Below are positions 11,150-21,416 of a DNA stretch of 64,000 nt, piece after piece. Below the pieces are notes generated by a model that saw only the letters and a list, made by a program, of their open reading frames with translations, was not told the origin of the DNA and did not search any database. A program made the translations under genes and the position numbers. Numbering within the stretch: the stretch's first letter is position 1; each line of letters begins with the position of its first letter. The stretch is from an uncultured Bacilli bacterium (lineage in GTDB: Bacteria; Bacillota_I; Bacilli_A; RF39; UBA660): positions 10,249 to 74,248 of the forward strand of contig CALVUP010000004.1 in assembly GCA_944363635.1 (NCBI GenBank). Direction: 5' to 3'.

Positions 11150-12127
11150 TTATCTTGTTGTTGCTTTTTTGATTGAATATCCTAAAGCAATTGATCCAAA
11201 TAATGCTAATCCAACATAAACAAGAATGTTATCGTATGTATTTGGATTTTCTTCTATAGTTGTATCTTCTTTACCTGGTTCGCTAGATTCAGGTTCTTTT
11301 ACTTCTTCATCTTTGTTTAATACAAATTGACCGTTTTCTTCTGTCATTGTATATCCATCAGCAACATATTCTGAGATATCATGAGAATATGATCCACCGC
11401 TAATAGCAATTGTATCTTCATCATCATTAAAGAAAACATTGGCATTTGCTTTAAAAGTTCCAGCTGTAACTTCTAATGAAGCTTTATTTGCTGATCCTTG
11501 ATTTGTAATTAAAGAATAAGCGTTGGTATTTCCTGTACTTATTTCGAAATTACCACCTTGAATCTTCATTACATTGGCATTGTTAATGATAGAGTAATTA
11601 TAAGCTTGGATAAAGTTACCACCTGCAATTGTAGCCGTTCCTTCGTTGGTGAAACCGAAAATATCATTTCCAGTTGTTGTAATCGTACCACCACAAACTG
11701 TTACATCTCCTGCATTGTATACAGCAGCTTGTCTTCTAGCACTTGCTTCTATCGTTCCTTCTTCAATAATTAATGTTCCATCATTATTGACAACAGGTGC
11801 AGTTGAAGTTGATTTTTGGTTGATTTTTCCACCTTCTTGGCTACTCGTGATTATTAATTCTCCACCATCTTTAATATAAATAGCAGAGCATCCATCTGTA
11901 TAATTTGTTAAAGTATATCCATTTAAATCAAGAACAACTTTCTCACCATCTCCAATTTCTAAATCATGAGAAACATTTTCCTCTAACAAAATCCTTGTAT
12001 ACTCTCCTTCTTGTGATGTTGAAGCTCCTGATCCATCAATTGTAGAAGCTGTAATTGCAGAAACGTTTGTTGCTCCTGCTAATACAAATGCCATAGCAAT
12101 CATAAGTAAAAATTTTACCTTCTTCAC
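11150..12127 (-). CDS. Cell-wall-anchored surface protein with beta-helix-like repeats, probable SrtB substrate
   Basis: Signal peptide, Gly/Asn/Thr-rich repeats, C-terminal NPNTYD + hydrophobic helix + basic tail; directly upstream of the sortase. Confidence 0.8.
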   Translation of the reverse strand: MKKVKFLLMIAMAFVLAGATNVSAITASTIDGSGASTSQEGEYTRILLEENVSHDLEIGDGEKVVLDLNGYTLTNYTDGCSAIYIKDGGELIITSSQEGGKINQKSTSTAPVVNNDGTLIIEEGTIEASARRQAAVYNAGDVTVCGGTITTTGNDIFGFTNEGTATIAGGNFIQAYNYSIINNANVMKIQGGNFEISTGNTNAYSLITNQGSANKASLEVTAGTFKANANVFFNDDEDTIAISGGSYSHDISEYVADGYTMTEENGQFVLNKDEEVKEPESSEPGKEDTTIEENPNTYDNILVYVGLALFGSIALGYSIKKATTR

Positions 12128-12243
12128 TATATCCTCTCCTTTCTATTTTTAGAATATCTTATCTTATTATGTTTGTCAACAGATATTGTTCGACATTTCT
12201 AAAAAAGAATTTTGTTTACTTTTTTTATGTAAAGCAAAATTCT

Positions 12244-12552
12244 TTATTTTCTTTTCTTCGCAAAAAATTTAATAATATGATACTCAAATAAAATATATAA
12301 AACAACTACAACCCAAAGTAAAATAGTTTCTACTGTTCCCGAAGTGTATTTCATAACAAGTCCTGAAATAGAGGATGGTAAATATCCTAATATTTTATTG
12401 AGAACTGCTAAATCGATATGTGTTTTAATGAAATATAAAATTCTTAATAAGATATCCAAAATACCAAAGGCATAGATATAACTATCAAACTTTTTAAACC
12501 ATACCAACATAATGACTAAAAGTAAAATACAAATAATTAAATCAATATACAT
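12244..12552 (-). CDS. Small membrane protein of unknown function
   Basis: 102-aa hydrophobic ORF with RBS. Confidence 0.7.
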   Translation of the reverse strand: MYIDLIICILLLVIMLVWFKKFDSYIYAFGILDILLRILYFIKTHIDLAVLNKILGYLPSSISGLVMKYTSGTVETILLWVVVVLYILFEYHIIKFFAKKRK

Positions 12553-12603
12553 ATTACCACTACCTTCTATTAAAAGAATAGCACAAAAGATAAAAAAAAG
12601 AAA

Positions 12604-13884
12604 CTATTTTGTTCCTTCTTTTGGTTCAATTATGGCAAGAGAATCATTATTAAAATCGATTTTACTGCGTATCTCTTCTAAGTCTTTTTTATTTAACATT
12701 TTTATCTTATCGATTCGGTCGGTAATAATCTGCCCATATCTTAAATAATCTTGTATACAATTATTTAAGGTTACTTCTATATTATCTGTCATTTGTACTT
12801 CTGAAGAGATCCAAACTTTTTGAATTCGTTTGATATCTTTTTCTGTGATATCATCTTTGATCAACTCTTTTTTGATCTTTTCAACCAATCGATCAGGATG
12901 TTCACTATCAGCATAAAAACTTAAAGTTGTATGATCAGCAATAGTAAATACTTCCGTATAAAGTGATGTCATCAATTTCTCTTTTTTGGCTTCTTCTCTA
13001 AATTCTGAAGTAAATCCAAATTTAATTGTCAAAAATAAGTTTAGATAATAGTCTAAAAATTCTGGCGTACAAGAAAACTTTGTATTGTTTATCTTAATTG
13101 CATATCCTACTTTAGGTACAACGACATTCATTTTTATACGTTGCTGTTTTTGATATACTTGATCTGGTTCCTCATAATCTTTGGTTTTGATTTTAGCCTT
13201 TTTAATTTTATATTTATGGTCATAAGCATCTACAATTGCTTCTAATTTTTCCATATCCATCTTTCCACTAACGAAAAGTGCCATATTCGATGGTCTATAA
13301 AATGTATAATAGCATTCGTATAAAATTTCCTTCGTAATTTTATTAATTTCTTCTACCGTTCCTGCGATATCATTACGTGTTGGTTCTTTTTGAAAGATTC
13401 CAAGTCGTAATAAATCATCAATTTTAAAATCTGGTTGGTCATCATACATCCTGATTTCCTGTTCAATAATTCCTTGCTCTTTTTTTACATTTTCATCTGT
13501 AAAGTATGGAGAAGAAACATATTCCAATAAATATTCTAAATTTTCTTCGATACCATTATTTCCATAACAAATATATTGTGTTCTAGTAAACCAAGTATTG
13601 GCATTAGCACCCGTTCCAGATTGTGAAAAGAAATCAAACGGGTTGCTTCCATCTTCATTTTCAAACATTTTGTGTTCCAAAAAATGAGCAACTCCTTGCG
13701 GAATATGTAGAAATTCCTTTTTTCCTGCTGGAACAAAGTCATCTACGGATGAACCGTATTTTGTTAAAAACGATAAAAAATAATTGTTTTTATTTTCATA
13801 TGGAATAAAGAAAACATCCAATCCATTTTTTAATTTTTTATAATAAATAGCCACATCTAAATTCTTTAAATCAATTTTTTTCAT
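12604..13884 (-). CDS. ymfH: M16 family zinc peptidase (YmfH-like)
   Basis: GVAHFLEHKMFE inverted zinc motif; ANANT. Confidence 0.9.
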   Translation of the reverse strand: MKKIDLKNLDVAIYYKKLKNGLDVFFIPYENKNNYFLSFLTKYGSSVDDFVPAGKKEFLHIPQGVAHFLEHKMFENEDGSNPFDFFSQSGTGANANTWFTRTQYICYGNNGIEENLEYLLEYVSSPYFTDENVKKEQGIIEQEIRMYDDQPDFKIDDLLRLGIFQKEPTRNDIAGTVEEINKITKEILYECYYTFYRPSNMALFVSGKMDMEKLEAIVDAYDHKYKIKKAKIKTKDYEEPDQVYQKQQRIKMNVVVPKVGYAIKINNTKFSCTPEFLDYYLNLFLTIKFGFTSEFREEAKKEKLMTSLYTEVFTIADHTTLSFYADSEHPDRLVEKIKKELIKDDITEKDIKRIQKVWISSEVQMTDNIEVTLNNCIQDYLRYGQIITDRIDKIKMLNKKDLEEIRSKIDFNNDSLAIIEPKEGTK

Positions 13885-15137
13885 GTTTCGTTTCCCCTTT
13901 TAGTAAATAAATGGTATCTATTTTTATTTTCTTAGTGATCTTAATAAGATCTTCTTTTGTTACTTCTTTGATTTTTTCTTTTCTTATTTCTATTGTATCA
14001 ATACCAAGCAATTGCATCGAAACATAATTTTCTAATATCTCATATTGGTTGTCTTCTAATTGTTCTAAAGAAGATGTAAAAAGCGTAATTGCTTTTTGCA
14101 TATCTCCCTCACTAAAATTTCCTTTTTTCATTGCTTCCATTTGTTCTTTAATTAAATGTACCGTTTTTTCAAAGTCACCGGCTTCAATACCAGAAGCAAT
14201 TAATAAAATATGATCCAATTTGCTAAGTCTAGAATAAATATAATAAGCAAGCGAATTTTTCTCACGAACCACTGTAAATAATTTAGAATTGGTTGAAACC
14301 CCTAAAATTAAATTGTATAAAGTAAGTGTATATTTTAAATCAAATTCCTCAAGTGGCTCATAACGACAACCAATTGCTAATTTGGATTGAGATAATTCTT
14401 CAGTTTCAATAATTTTCTGTTCCCTACGTCTTATCTTTGGTACTTCTAAATAAGGGTTGATCTGTGTGTGTAAATTATAAAATTTAAAATTTTTCTCAAT
14501 TAAACTTTCCATTTGATTATTATCAAAATCACCAATAACGTAGATATCTATAATATTATTACGAATAAAATCTTTATAATAAGTATATAGATTTTCTGGT
14601 GTTATTTTTTCAAAATCTTCATAGTAACCAATCATTCTATAAGAAAACGGAGCTTTACTATCCATGTTTTCAAACATACGCATAATACTATAGCTTTCTG
14701 TATTTTCTTTAAAGCTTTTAATTTCTGTTTCGATATTATTACGAACCACATCAAAAGATTCTTGATCGAATCTTAATTTTTCCACATTGGGATGAAAAAC
14801 CATTTCAGAAAGCAATTCGATACATTCTCCTCGATTCCCTTTTTCTGTGTATTTTTCCTCTAATGTAGATAAATTTACTAATCATATAATTTCCTAAACG
14901 CATGTTTTTTGATGCAATATTCACGCCATACAACTCTTGTGATCTGATCATAAGATCTCTTTTTGTTTTATATTTTTTTGTTGAAAATGCTAACATAGAT
15001 ACTAAGAAATTACGAATTGTAATTTCTTCTTTTTTTATTTTACTACGAAAAGAAATTCGAATTTGAATGTTTTTAAACTTATTGGTTTTTATAAAATGAA
15101 GTGTGTATGTTTTTTTGTTTTTTTCTATTGTTTCCAT
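13871..15137 (-). pseudogene. ymfF: M16 peptidase inactive partner (YmfF-like) split by a frameshift near 14872
   Basis: N-terminal ORF (IKTNKFK) and C-terminal ORF (SKLFTVVREKNSLAYY) join if the frame shifts +1 at AGT-A-AAT-TTA, giving ...NLSTLEEKYTEKG...LLSEM. Confidence 0.8.
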
Positions 15138-15173
15138 AGGATCACCTTTTTTATTATATGTATTTTTTCTTAT

Positions 15174-15884
15174 TTATATAAGCGATTCTAGAGCCAAAAT
15201 GATCATTTCATCCAAACTTTTTTCTCTTTCTTCACTTGTTAATTCTTTTTTTTCATACTTTGAATCGACAATAGTCATTAAACATGCAGTATCTCTTTTG
15301 AATTTTTCTCCTAAGTAGAAAAGTCCAAAAGCTTCCATTTCTACAGCCAAGAAATTCACATTCGGAAAATTCTTTCTAAATTTATTATAATCTACATAAA
15401 CATCAAACACATCACTTGTCATTGTAAGACCATAGACCACTGGCATATTGAGTTTTTTAGCGGTTTTTAATATTTTTTCATTTAATTGAAAAGAACTTCT
15501 AGCAATATTTTTATCCGTTCCATCCAAAAGCTTATCATAATAACTTAACGAATAAGCACCCATAGATAAAACGACATCTTTTACTCGTACATCTTTATGC
15601 TGCGATCCAGCACTTCCGATTCGAATAATTCTTTTTACATCATAAAATTGAAATAACTCATAAGCATAAATTCCTATACTCGGTATTCCCATTCCAGATG
15701 CGAATACCGTAACTCTTTTTCCTTTGTAATAACCGGTATACGCAAACATATTACGAACACGATTTACTAATTTATAATCTGTTAAAAATTTTTCTGCAAT
15801 GTATTTTGCACGCAAGGGATCACCTGGCATCAAAACAGATTCCGCAATTTCATTTTTTTTACTTTCAATATGTGGTGTTGGCAT
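15174..15884 (-). CDS. deoD: Purine nucleoside phosphorylase (DeoD type)
   Basis: MPTPHI, MPGDPLRAKYIA, GMGIPS and VEMEA motifs. Confidence 0.96.
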   Translation of the reverse strand: MPTPHIESKKNEIAESVLMPGDPLRAKYIAEKFLTDYKLVNRVRNMFAYTGYYKGKRVTVFASGMGIPSIGIYAYELFQFYDVKRIIRIGSAGSQHKDVRVKDVVLSMGAYSLSYYDKLLDGTDKNIARSSFQLNEKILKTAKKLNMPVVYGLTMTSDVFDVYVDYNKFRKNFPNVNFLAVEMEAFGLFYLGEKFKRDTACLMTIVDSKYEKKELTSEEREKSLDEMIILALESLI

Positions 15885-15898
15885 GTAATCACTCCTTT

Positions 15899-16669
15899 TT
15901 ATTTTTTTCTTTCTTTATCATAAATATCTTTCATTAATCGATTAATTTCTCTTTGGACTTTTGCTTGTGAAGAGGCTTTACATTCTACTTTAATGGTATA
16001 TTCTACATTATTTGCATCTATATTTGTAATTCCCAAATATTCCGTTTTATAAACATCCTTTACATCCGCAATCGCAAGTTCATACTTCGATAATTTTTTT
16101 TCAAAAGAAACTCGTTTTGTTTCTTGCGGAGTAGAAATAGGAATGTATAAAATGGTACGATGCTGTGACAAATTGATCACATCCGAAATGTTACGATTGG
16201 CAATGATTTTGATTTCTCCATTTGGTCCCTTTATTTTCGTTGTTCGAAATCCTAAAGCAATAACTTCTCCTTGAAAATTATTATATTTAATAGTATCTCC
16301 GACTACAAAAAAATTATCCATGATGATAAAAATCCCATTAATAAAATCTTTCATCGTATCTTGTAAAGCCAAACCAAGTAATACTGATACAATTCCTAAA
16401 GATGCTACAATCGAAGAAACATTTACGCCAAAAATACTTAAAATTACTAATAAAATAATAATATAAATTAAATACGTCACAATGTTTCTCATTAAATTAA
16501 AAATAGTCATTCTTCTTTTCTTTTCAAAACCATCTTTTCCTTTAATCAAAAGATTGTGTAATACTTTAATCAAAGTTTTATAAACAAGTAAACCTCCAAT
16601 TATAGTAAGAATTGGACCATATACCCTTTTTTCACAAATAATTTGTATTAAGAATTCTAGATAACTCAT
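15899..16669 (-). CDS. mscS: Small-conductance mechanosensitive channel
   Basis: GLALQDTMKDFING...VGDTI...GEV...FRTT motifs. Confidence 0.9.
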   Translation of the reverse strand: MSYLEFLIQIICEKRVYGPILTIIGGLLVYKTLIKVLHNLLIKGKDGFEKKRRMTIFNLMRNIVTYLIYIIILLVILSIFGVNVSSIVASLGIVSVLLGLALQDTMKDFINGIFIIMDNFFVVGDTIKYNNFQGEVIALGFRTTKIKGPNGEIKIIANRNISDVINLSQHRTILYIPISTPQETKRVSFEKKLSKYELAIADVKDVYKTEYLGITNIDANNVEYTIKVECKASSQAKVQREINRLMKDIYDKERKK

Positions 16670-16727
16670 TTTATCACCTATTTAAAATTATATCATAAGA
16701 ATAAAAAATAATGAAGAAATTACTTCA

Positions 16728-17714
16728 TTATTTCCGATTCATTTTATATTTTACTTTCTTTTGACTACTATGTAGAGATAATGAATGATCCTTACCAATC
16801 GTAATTGCCATAATCTTACTTGGTGGAATACTTCCTTGTACTATAAATTCACCATATTTAAAAGCATTTGCGATCTTCTCATAAGGACTTCGATAAAAAC
16901 TATCCTTTTTTTCTTGCTTGATTGTTTCTATATAATTGCTTAGATTACTTGGTACTAAAATAATTGCTTTTTCTTCTATATCACTTGTTTTTATATTTTT
17001 GCCGTATGTCGTATAAAAATGTAAAAACGACTGTACTTCTTCAGGAGATACTTCTACAGAAGTCGCTGCAATCGTTTGATATAAAAACTGTGCAATCGCT
17101 TCTTCATCTTTCCATGGAATATTTTGAATATTGCCCTGAAAACCTTGAATTAAATTTTTTAAATACATCCTTAAAAACTCGTTGTCATGTCTAGCGAAAA
17201 ACAAAGCAACATTCATAGATGGAGAAAAATAAATTTGATTGCAACGTTGTTTTGAACTTATTGGAACTGGAACATGATCCCACATTATCTTCTTATTCTC
17301 ATAATTTCGGTTATAAATGTTTCTATATAATTGATTGACCTCGGTTGCTTCTTGTAACATTTTTTCTTTATACAATGATTCTAAAGAACAAAGACCTTTC
17401 CTAAAGATACTTTGTAAATTTTCTTTCGATGTACCATGATATAAAAATCCATTCTCGATATGATTTGTATAAAAAAGTTGATCTGGAATTTGTAATTCAT
17501 TTTCCTTTTCATCTGCATTTAAAAACTTCAAATTTCCTTTTTGCAAACCATGTCTTACAGTGTCTATATCATCGGTATTTACTAAATAATCAAATATTTG
17601 TTGGGTTACTTGCCAGCGTTCAATATCATTCGATTGGCTCGCTAACAACCTTGTCATTTCTTCCGTTTCTAGAATTTCTTTAAATTTTAAAAATCTTTCT
17701 TTTTGCTTCATCAT
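16728..17714 (-). CDS. Hypothetical protein with ADP-ribosyltransferase/Tpt1-like motifs
   Basis: LYHGTSKENLQSIFRKGL, IYFS..A, EFIVQGSIPPSKI; start moved to the ATG-ATG after the upstream stop. Confidence 0.6.
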   Translation of the reverse strand: MMKQKERFLKFKEILETEEMTRLLASQSNDIERWQVTQQIFDYLVNTDDIDTVRHGLQKGNLKFLNADEKENELQIPDQLFYTNHIENGFLYHGTSKENLQSIFRKGLCSLESLYKEKMLQEATEVNQLYRNIYNRNYENKKIMWDHVPVPISSKQRCNQIYFSPSMNVALFFARHDNEFLRMYLKNLIQGFQGNIQNIPWKDEEAIAQFLYQTIAATSVEVSPEEVQSFLHFYTTYGKNIKTSDIEEKAIILVPSNLSNYIETIKQEKKDSFYRSPYEKIANAFKYGEFIVQGSIPPSKIMAITIGKDHSLSLHSSQKKVKYKMNRK

Positions 17715-17728
17715 AAAATTCTTCTTTC

Positions 17729-18247
17729 TTATTTTTTTATCTGCAATTGATAAGTCTTTATATATTGATACCCTTCTTCTTCTAATTTTTGTTTTTCTTG
17801 TGAAAAACAAATTGGCTCTACCTGTTTTAAGTAACCAAACTTATGAGAACATAAACCATCCTGCATTTTTAAAACATGTAGTGTTTGTAAAGCATCTTTA
17901 TCTCCTACTTGTTCCCAAGGATTTAAATGAGAACAATTCTGATTGGTTCTCATAAATAAAATAAATTTCCAAGAATTTTCGGGATCCTTTGTTAAAATAG
18001 GAAAAGATGATTTGTAAGCGAGATGAAGGGCTTCAAAGTCGCTTTCTATATTGGCAATGGCTTGTTTAACTTGTAAATGCGTTGTTGCTTTTCCAGAAAA
18101 ACATCCGGGTTGATAAAAATTTAATCCAACGGATTCCGGTAATAAAGAAATATTTAAACCATAAGCGTAACAATTCACTCCATTATAATTTCGATTTGGT
18201 ATGGTCCTATTTACAAATATATTGGCTTTTATGAGTGTGATATCCAT
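17729..18247 (-). CDS. Hypothetical protein with papain-like Cys/His motifs
   Basis: NCYAYGL...QPG...HVLKMQDGLCSHKFG; own extended -10 (TGTTATAAT) and AGGAG RBS. Confidence 0.6.
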   Translation of the reverse strand: MDITLIKANIFVNRTIPNRNYNGVNCYAYGLNISLLPESVGLNFYQPGCFSGKATTHLQVKQAIANIESDFEALHLAYKSSFPILTKDPENSWKFILFMRTNQNCSHLNPWEQVGDKDALQTLHVLKMQDGLCSHKFGYLKQVEPICFSQEKQKLEEEGYQYIKTYQLQIKK

Positions 18248-18307
18248 CTTTTTTCTCCTTTTTCTAGTCTCTTATTATAACAGATTTCTTCCTTTTTTAC
18301 AATACTG

Positions 18308-18336
18308 GTATATTCTACATGAAAAATCTCATACTA
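18308..18336 (+). promoter_or_regulatory. Sigma-G-type promoter
   Basis: GTATA-N17-CATACTA matches the B. subtilis sigG consensus, upstream of the Coat F-like genes. Confidence 0.65.
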
Positions 18337-18354
18337 AAGATGGGAGGAGAAAAT

Positions 18355-18576
18355 ATGAATTATCAACAAGTTCCGAATATAATTAGTGGAAAAGACTTAG
18401 ATTATTTAATTGATTTATTTCAATGGAATCATAATGGTTATAAACAAACGATGTACGCAAAAGATCAAGTAGCGGATGCTGAAATTGTGAACTTTATTAC
18501 TAAAGCATCTAATGTTTTTCATGAAAATTTAACAATGGTGTTAAACATTTTAAAACAAGGAGGTTCAAATGAATAA
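18355..18576 (+). CDS. Small spore-associated protein (Coat F-like partner)
   Basis: PNIISGKDLDYL.D motif; GGAGGA RBS; overlaps the next gene. Confidence 0.7.
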   Translation: MNYQQVPNIISGKDLDYLIDLFQWNHNGYKQTMYAKDQVADAEIVNFITKASNVFHENLTMVLNILKQGGSNE

Positions 18577-18880
18577 TCAAATTTGTAATCCAGAGGTAGA
18601 AGTGCCTAGTGGAATCGCTTTCAATGATAAAGATTATATGAACACTCTTTTATCTACATTAAAGGAATTGGAAAAAAATCTAGCTATTACTTTAACAGAA
18701 TGTAGTTGTGAAGAACTTTACCAACAGTATTTTAATTTGTTTAGTAGTGTTGCTAAATTACAAAGAGAAGCGTATGAAATTATGTTTCGAAAAGGTTGGT
18801 ATATACTCGAAAAAGCAGAGCAAAATAAAATCGACCAAAAACTACAAATGTTATCAAAAGAATTTAATCGTTTATCTTAA
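18569..18880 (+). CDS. Spore coat protein, Coat F domain
   Basis: NDKDYM..LL..LK...LTE.S...Q...YE.MFRKGWY pattern. Confidence 0.8.
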   Translation: MNNQICNPEVEVPSGIAFNDKDYMNTLLSTLKELEKNLAITLTECSCEELYQQYFNLFSSVAKLQREAYEIMFRKGWYILEKAEQNKIDQKLQMLSKEFNRLS

Positions 18881-18950
18881 AACTTCCTAGTGAAGTTTTT
18901 TTATTGTGATTTTTCTTTTATTTATGATATGATTGTAATAGAGGTGAAGT

Positions 18951-19565
18951 ATGAAAAAAGGAATCTATTTTATTATAGTCATTGTATTTGGGATTTTGCT
19001 TGTAAGTGGATGCAAAAGTACAGCTATAGAAACGGAAGAAGAAAAGCAACAGGAGATGAATTATTTATCTGGAAAACATTATGTTATTATCAATGTAGAG
19101 GATTATGGTTCCATTTCTTTAGAACTGGATGCAGACGAAGCCCCCATTACGGTAACCAATTTTATCAATTTAGTAAAAGAAGGCTTTTACAACGGACTTA
19201 CTTTTCATCGCATTATTGATGGATTTATGATTCAAGGAGGAGATCCAAATCATGATGGTACGGGTGGTAGTGAAAATACAATTAAAGGAGAATTTGCTCA
19301 AAATAATGTAGAAAACAATATTTCTCATACGCGTGGTACGATTTCTATGGCTAGAAGTAATGATTTCGATTCAGCCAGTAGTCAATTTTTTATTGTCCAA
19401 GAAGATAGTTTGTTTTTAGATGGTGCTTATGCTGGATTTGGGCATGTTACTGAAGGCATGGAAATTGTGGATCAAATTTGTGAAAATGCAAAGCCAACGG
19501 ATGATAATGGAACAATTGTTTATGAGGAGCAACCTGTTATTACTTCTATACAAGTTGTTGATTAA
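18951..19565 (+). CDS. ppiB: Cyclophilin-type peptidyl-prolyl isomerase, probable lipoprotein
   Basis: Lipobox LVSGC; FHRIIDGFMIQGGDP, ISMARS, SSQFFI. Confidence 0.93.
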   Translation: MKKGIYFIIVIVFGILLVSGCKSTAIETEEEKQQEMNYLSGKHYVIINVEDYGSISLELDADEAPITVTNFINLVKEGFYNGLTFHRIIDGFMIQGGDPNHDGTGGSENTIKGEFAQNNVENNISHTRGTISMARSNDFDSASSQFFIVQEDSLFLDGAYAGFGHVTEGMEIVDQICENAKPTDDNGTIVYEEQPVITSIQVVD

Positions 19566-19594
19566 AAAACTTTCCTATTCAATGGAAAGTTTTT
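19564..19594. terminator. Bidirectional intrinsic terminator
   Basis: AAAAACTTTCC-N-GGAAAGTTTTT inverted repeat between convergent genes. Confidence 0.7.
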
Positions 19595-20697
19595 TATTTA
19601 CTTCTATATAAAATAAGTGGTACCAACATTTCTTCGTCGGTTAACCCTGAATGTGAAGATTTATGTTTTTTTGTATTCTCATCATATCGAATAGCTTTGT
19701 TCCCAATGCCTATAGCAAAATAATCACCTAGTCCATCTCGATAATATTTATTTTCTTTTCCATAACCATACAATTTTTTTTCAATAATTTCGTCTTTACT
19801 CATTAAAATAAAATCTTCTTTTAATACCTCTTTTATTTTCTTCGGAAATACTGCTAGATATTCTTTTTTTACCCGAAAAGAACAGGCTCTATTATCAATA
19901 CTAATGTTTTCATCCAACATTTTTACAATTTCCGGGTAATCCGATAAAGTAATATAATCACAATTTAAATGTCCATGATCGGAAATGCCAAGAACAAGTG
20001 TATCTTTCAACGATGTACACATTTTTTGGAATTCTTTATCCAATTTTTTTAAAATGTGTCTTTCTTCTTTTGAATCCGTACCATATTTATGTTCTATGTG
20101 ATCTGGTTCGTTTGAATAAAAATAAATATAATTTTTAAAAGGATTTTTTGTAATCTTTTTTATTTTTTTTCTTGCTTTTCGAAAAGATTCGTTTTTTCGA
20201 TCACTGTATACTGTTATTTTTTCACTATGACACCCTGGTTGTTTGTTGATATGATCAACAATAGATTCATATTTTAGTAATGTTTTTGCTACATGATAAG
20301 GGGCTGGTTTTCTTTTCGTCCCTTTTATATAGTTTCTTGTTAAAGTAATCACAGCATTAAACTCTTTAAAATACATATCCCATCCTAACCATCCGTGTTC
20401 AACTGGATTTAATCCTGATTCTACAGTTGTTCTTGCAGCCATTGTAGTAGAAGGGAAAACAGAAGAAATATGAGTTTTTAAATGCTTATTTAAAAATGGA
20501 CATACATCTTGATTCCTTTTTAATATATTGTACCCTAATCCATCAAACAAAACGAGAACAATATTTTTATAATTCTTTTTTAATTCTTTATCAACACTTT
20601 TTAAAGAGGTGTGCGTTGTTCTTATATGAAAGTCACTCATAATCGAGCTCATTAAATTCACTAAACCATTTTCATAATCAGGATATCTATATTGCAT
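19594..20697 (-). CDS. Alkaline phosphatase superfamily nucleotide pyrophosphatase/phosphodiesterase
   Basis: FDGLG, SVFPSTT, EPDHIEH, SDHGH, HSGLT..EMLVP. Confidence 0.9.
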   Translation of the reverse strand: MQYRYPDYENGLVNLMSSIMSDFHIRTTHTSLKSVDKELKKNYKNIVLVLFDGLGYNILKRNQDVCPFLNKHLKTHISSVFPSTTMAARTTVESGLNPVEHGWLGWDMYFKEFNAVITLTRNYIKGTKRKPAPYHVAKTLLKYESIVDHINKQPGCHSEKITVYSDRKNESFRKARKKIKKITKNPFKNYIYFYSNEPDHIEHKYGTDSKEERHILKKLDKEFQKMCTSLKDTLVLGISDHGHLNCDYITLSDYPEIVKMLDENISIDNRACSFRVKKEYLAVFPKKIKEVLKEDFILMSKDEIIEKKLYGYGKENKYYRDGLGDYFAIGIGNKAIRYDENTKKHKSSHSGLTDEEMLVPLILYRSK

Positions 20698-20740
20698 AAT
20701 ACACTCCTTATCTTTCTATTTATATATGTATTCTTTCTTT

Positions 20741-21415
20741 TTAAAATTCTTTTTTCAGATAAATTTTACTAGCAATTTTATAAGAAATAAAATAAACAAG
20801 ACAGATCGCTATTATTAAGATAACAGGTAATGCTTGATGAAGAAAGGTAATGATTGGTTGCCACGAGAAATGCACATTCAATTTTTCTTGTAAGAATAAA
20901 AAGCCACTACATAATAACAGGAAGAATGCTCCAATTACAAAAATTTGTATTCTGCCTTTTTCCGCACCTAGTTTATAAATACAAGGGATTTGTATTGATT
21001 CCATAATACCAATCCCTAAAATGCTACCCAAAGCCATTTCAAAGAATGAATATAAATTAGGAATTTGTTTACTCATAACAAACATCGCTATAAAGCTGAT
21101 CAGCATTCCTACAATTGCTCCAATCAAGGTAGAGAAAATTACAAATAAATATTTAGCTTTTACAATTTCTTTCCTTGTAACGGGTAATGTTAAAAGATAA
21201 GCATCACAAGAAGCTTGTTCGTCATAGTTAAAAGAAGCCATACTAAACATACCAAAACCAAAAGTAAGCATCAAAATAAGCATACTTCCTACTCCTACTA
21301 CACTGTCTTGTGTAATTGAGATTAAAATAAAAATCAAAATATAGACCAATAATGTCTTTCTATAACTTTTTAACTGTAATAAATCTTTTATAATCAATCC
21401 TTTGATTGTATTCAT
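20741..21415 (-). CDS. ABC-2 type permease
   Basis: Six TM segments; LTLPVTRKEIVKAKY. Confidence 0.88.
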   Translation of the reverse strand: MNTIKGLIIKDLLQLKSYRKTLLVYILIFILISITQDSVVGVGSMLILMLTFGFGMFSMASFNYDEQASCDAYLLTLPVTRKEIVKAKYLFVIFSTLIGAIVGMLISFIAMFVMSKQIPNLYSFFEMALGSILGIGIMESIQIPCIYKLGAEKGRIQIFVIGAFFLLLCSGFLFLQEKLNVHFSWQPIITFLHQALPVILIIAICLVYFISYKIASKIYLKKEF

Positions 21416-21416
21416 A

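Noticed and set aside
14865-14880. AAATTTA heptamer at the ymfF break resembling a -1 programmed frameshift site
   Set aside because: The required shift is +1 and the heptamer is out of register for tandem -1 slippage; no downstream stimulatory structure seen
18890-19219. 109-aa ORF overlapping ppiB on the same strand
   Set aside because: Alternative frame that starts inside a terminator, with no RBS or motif support
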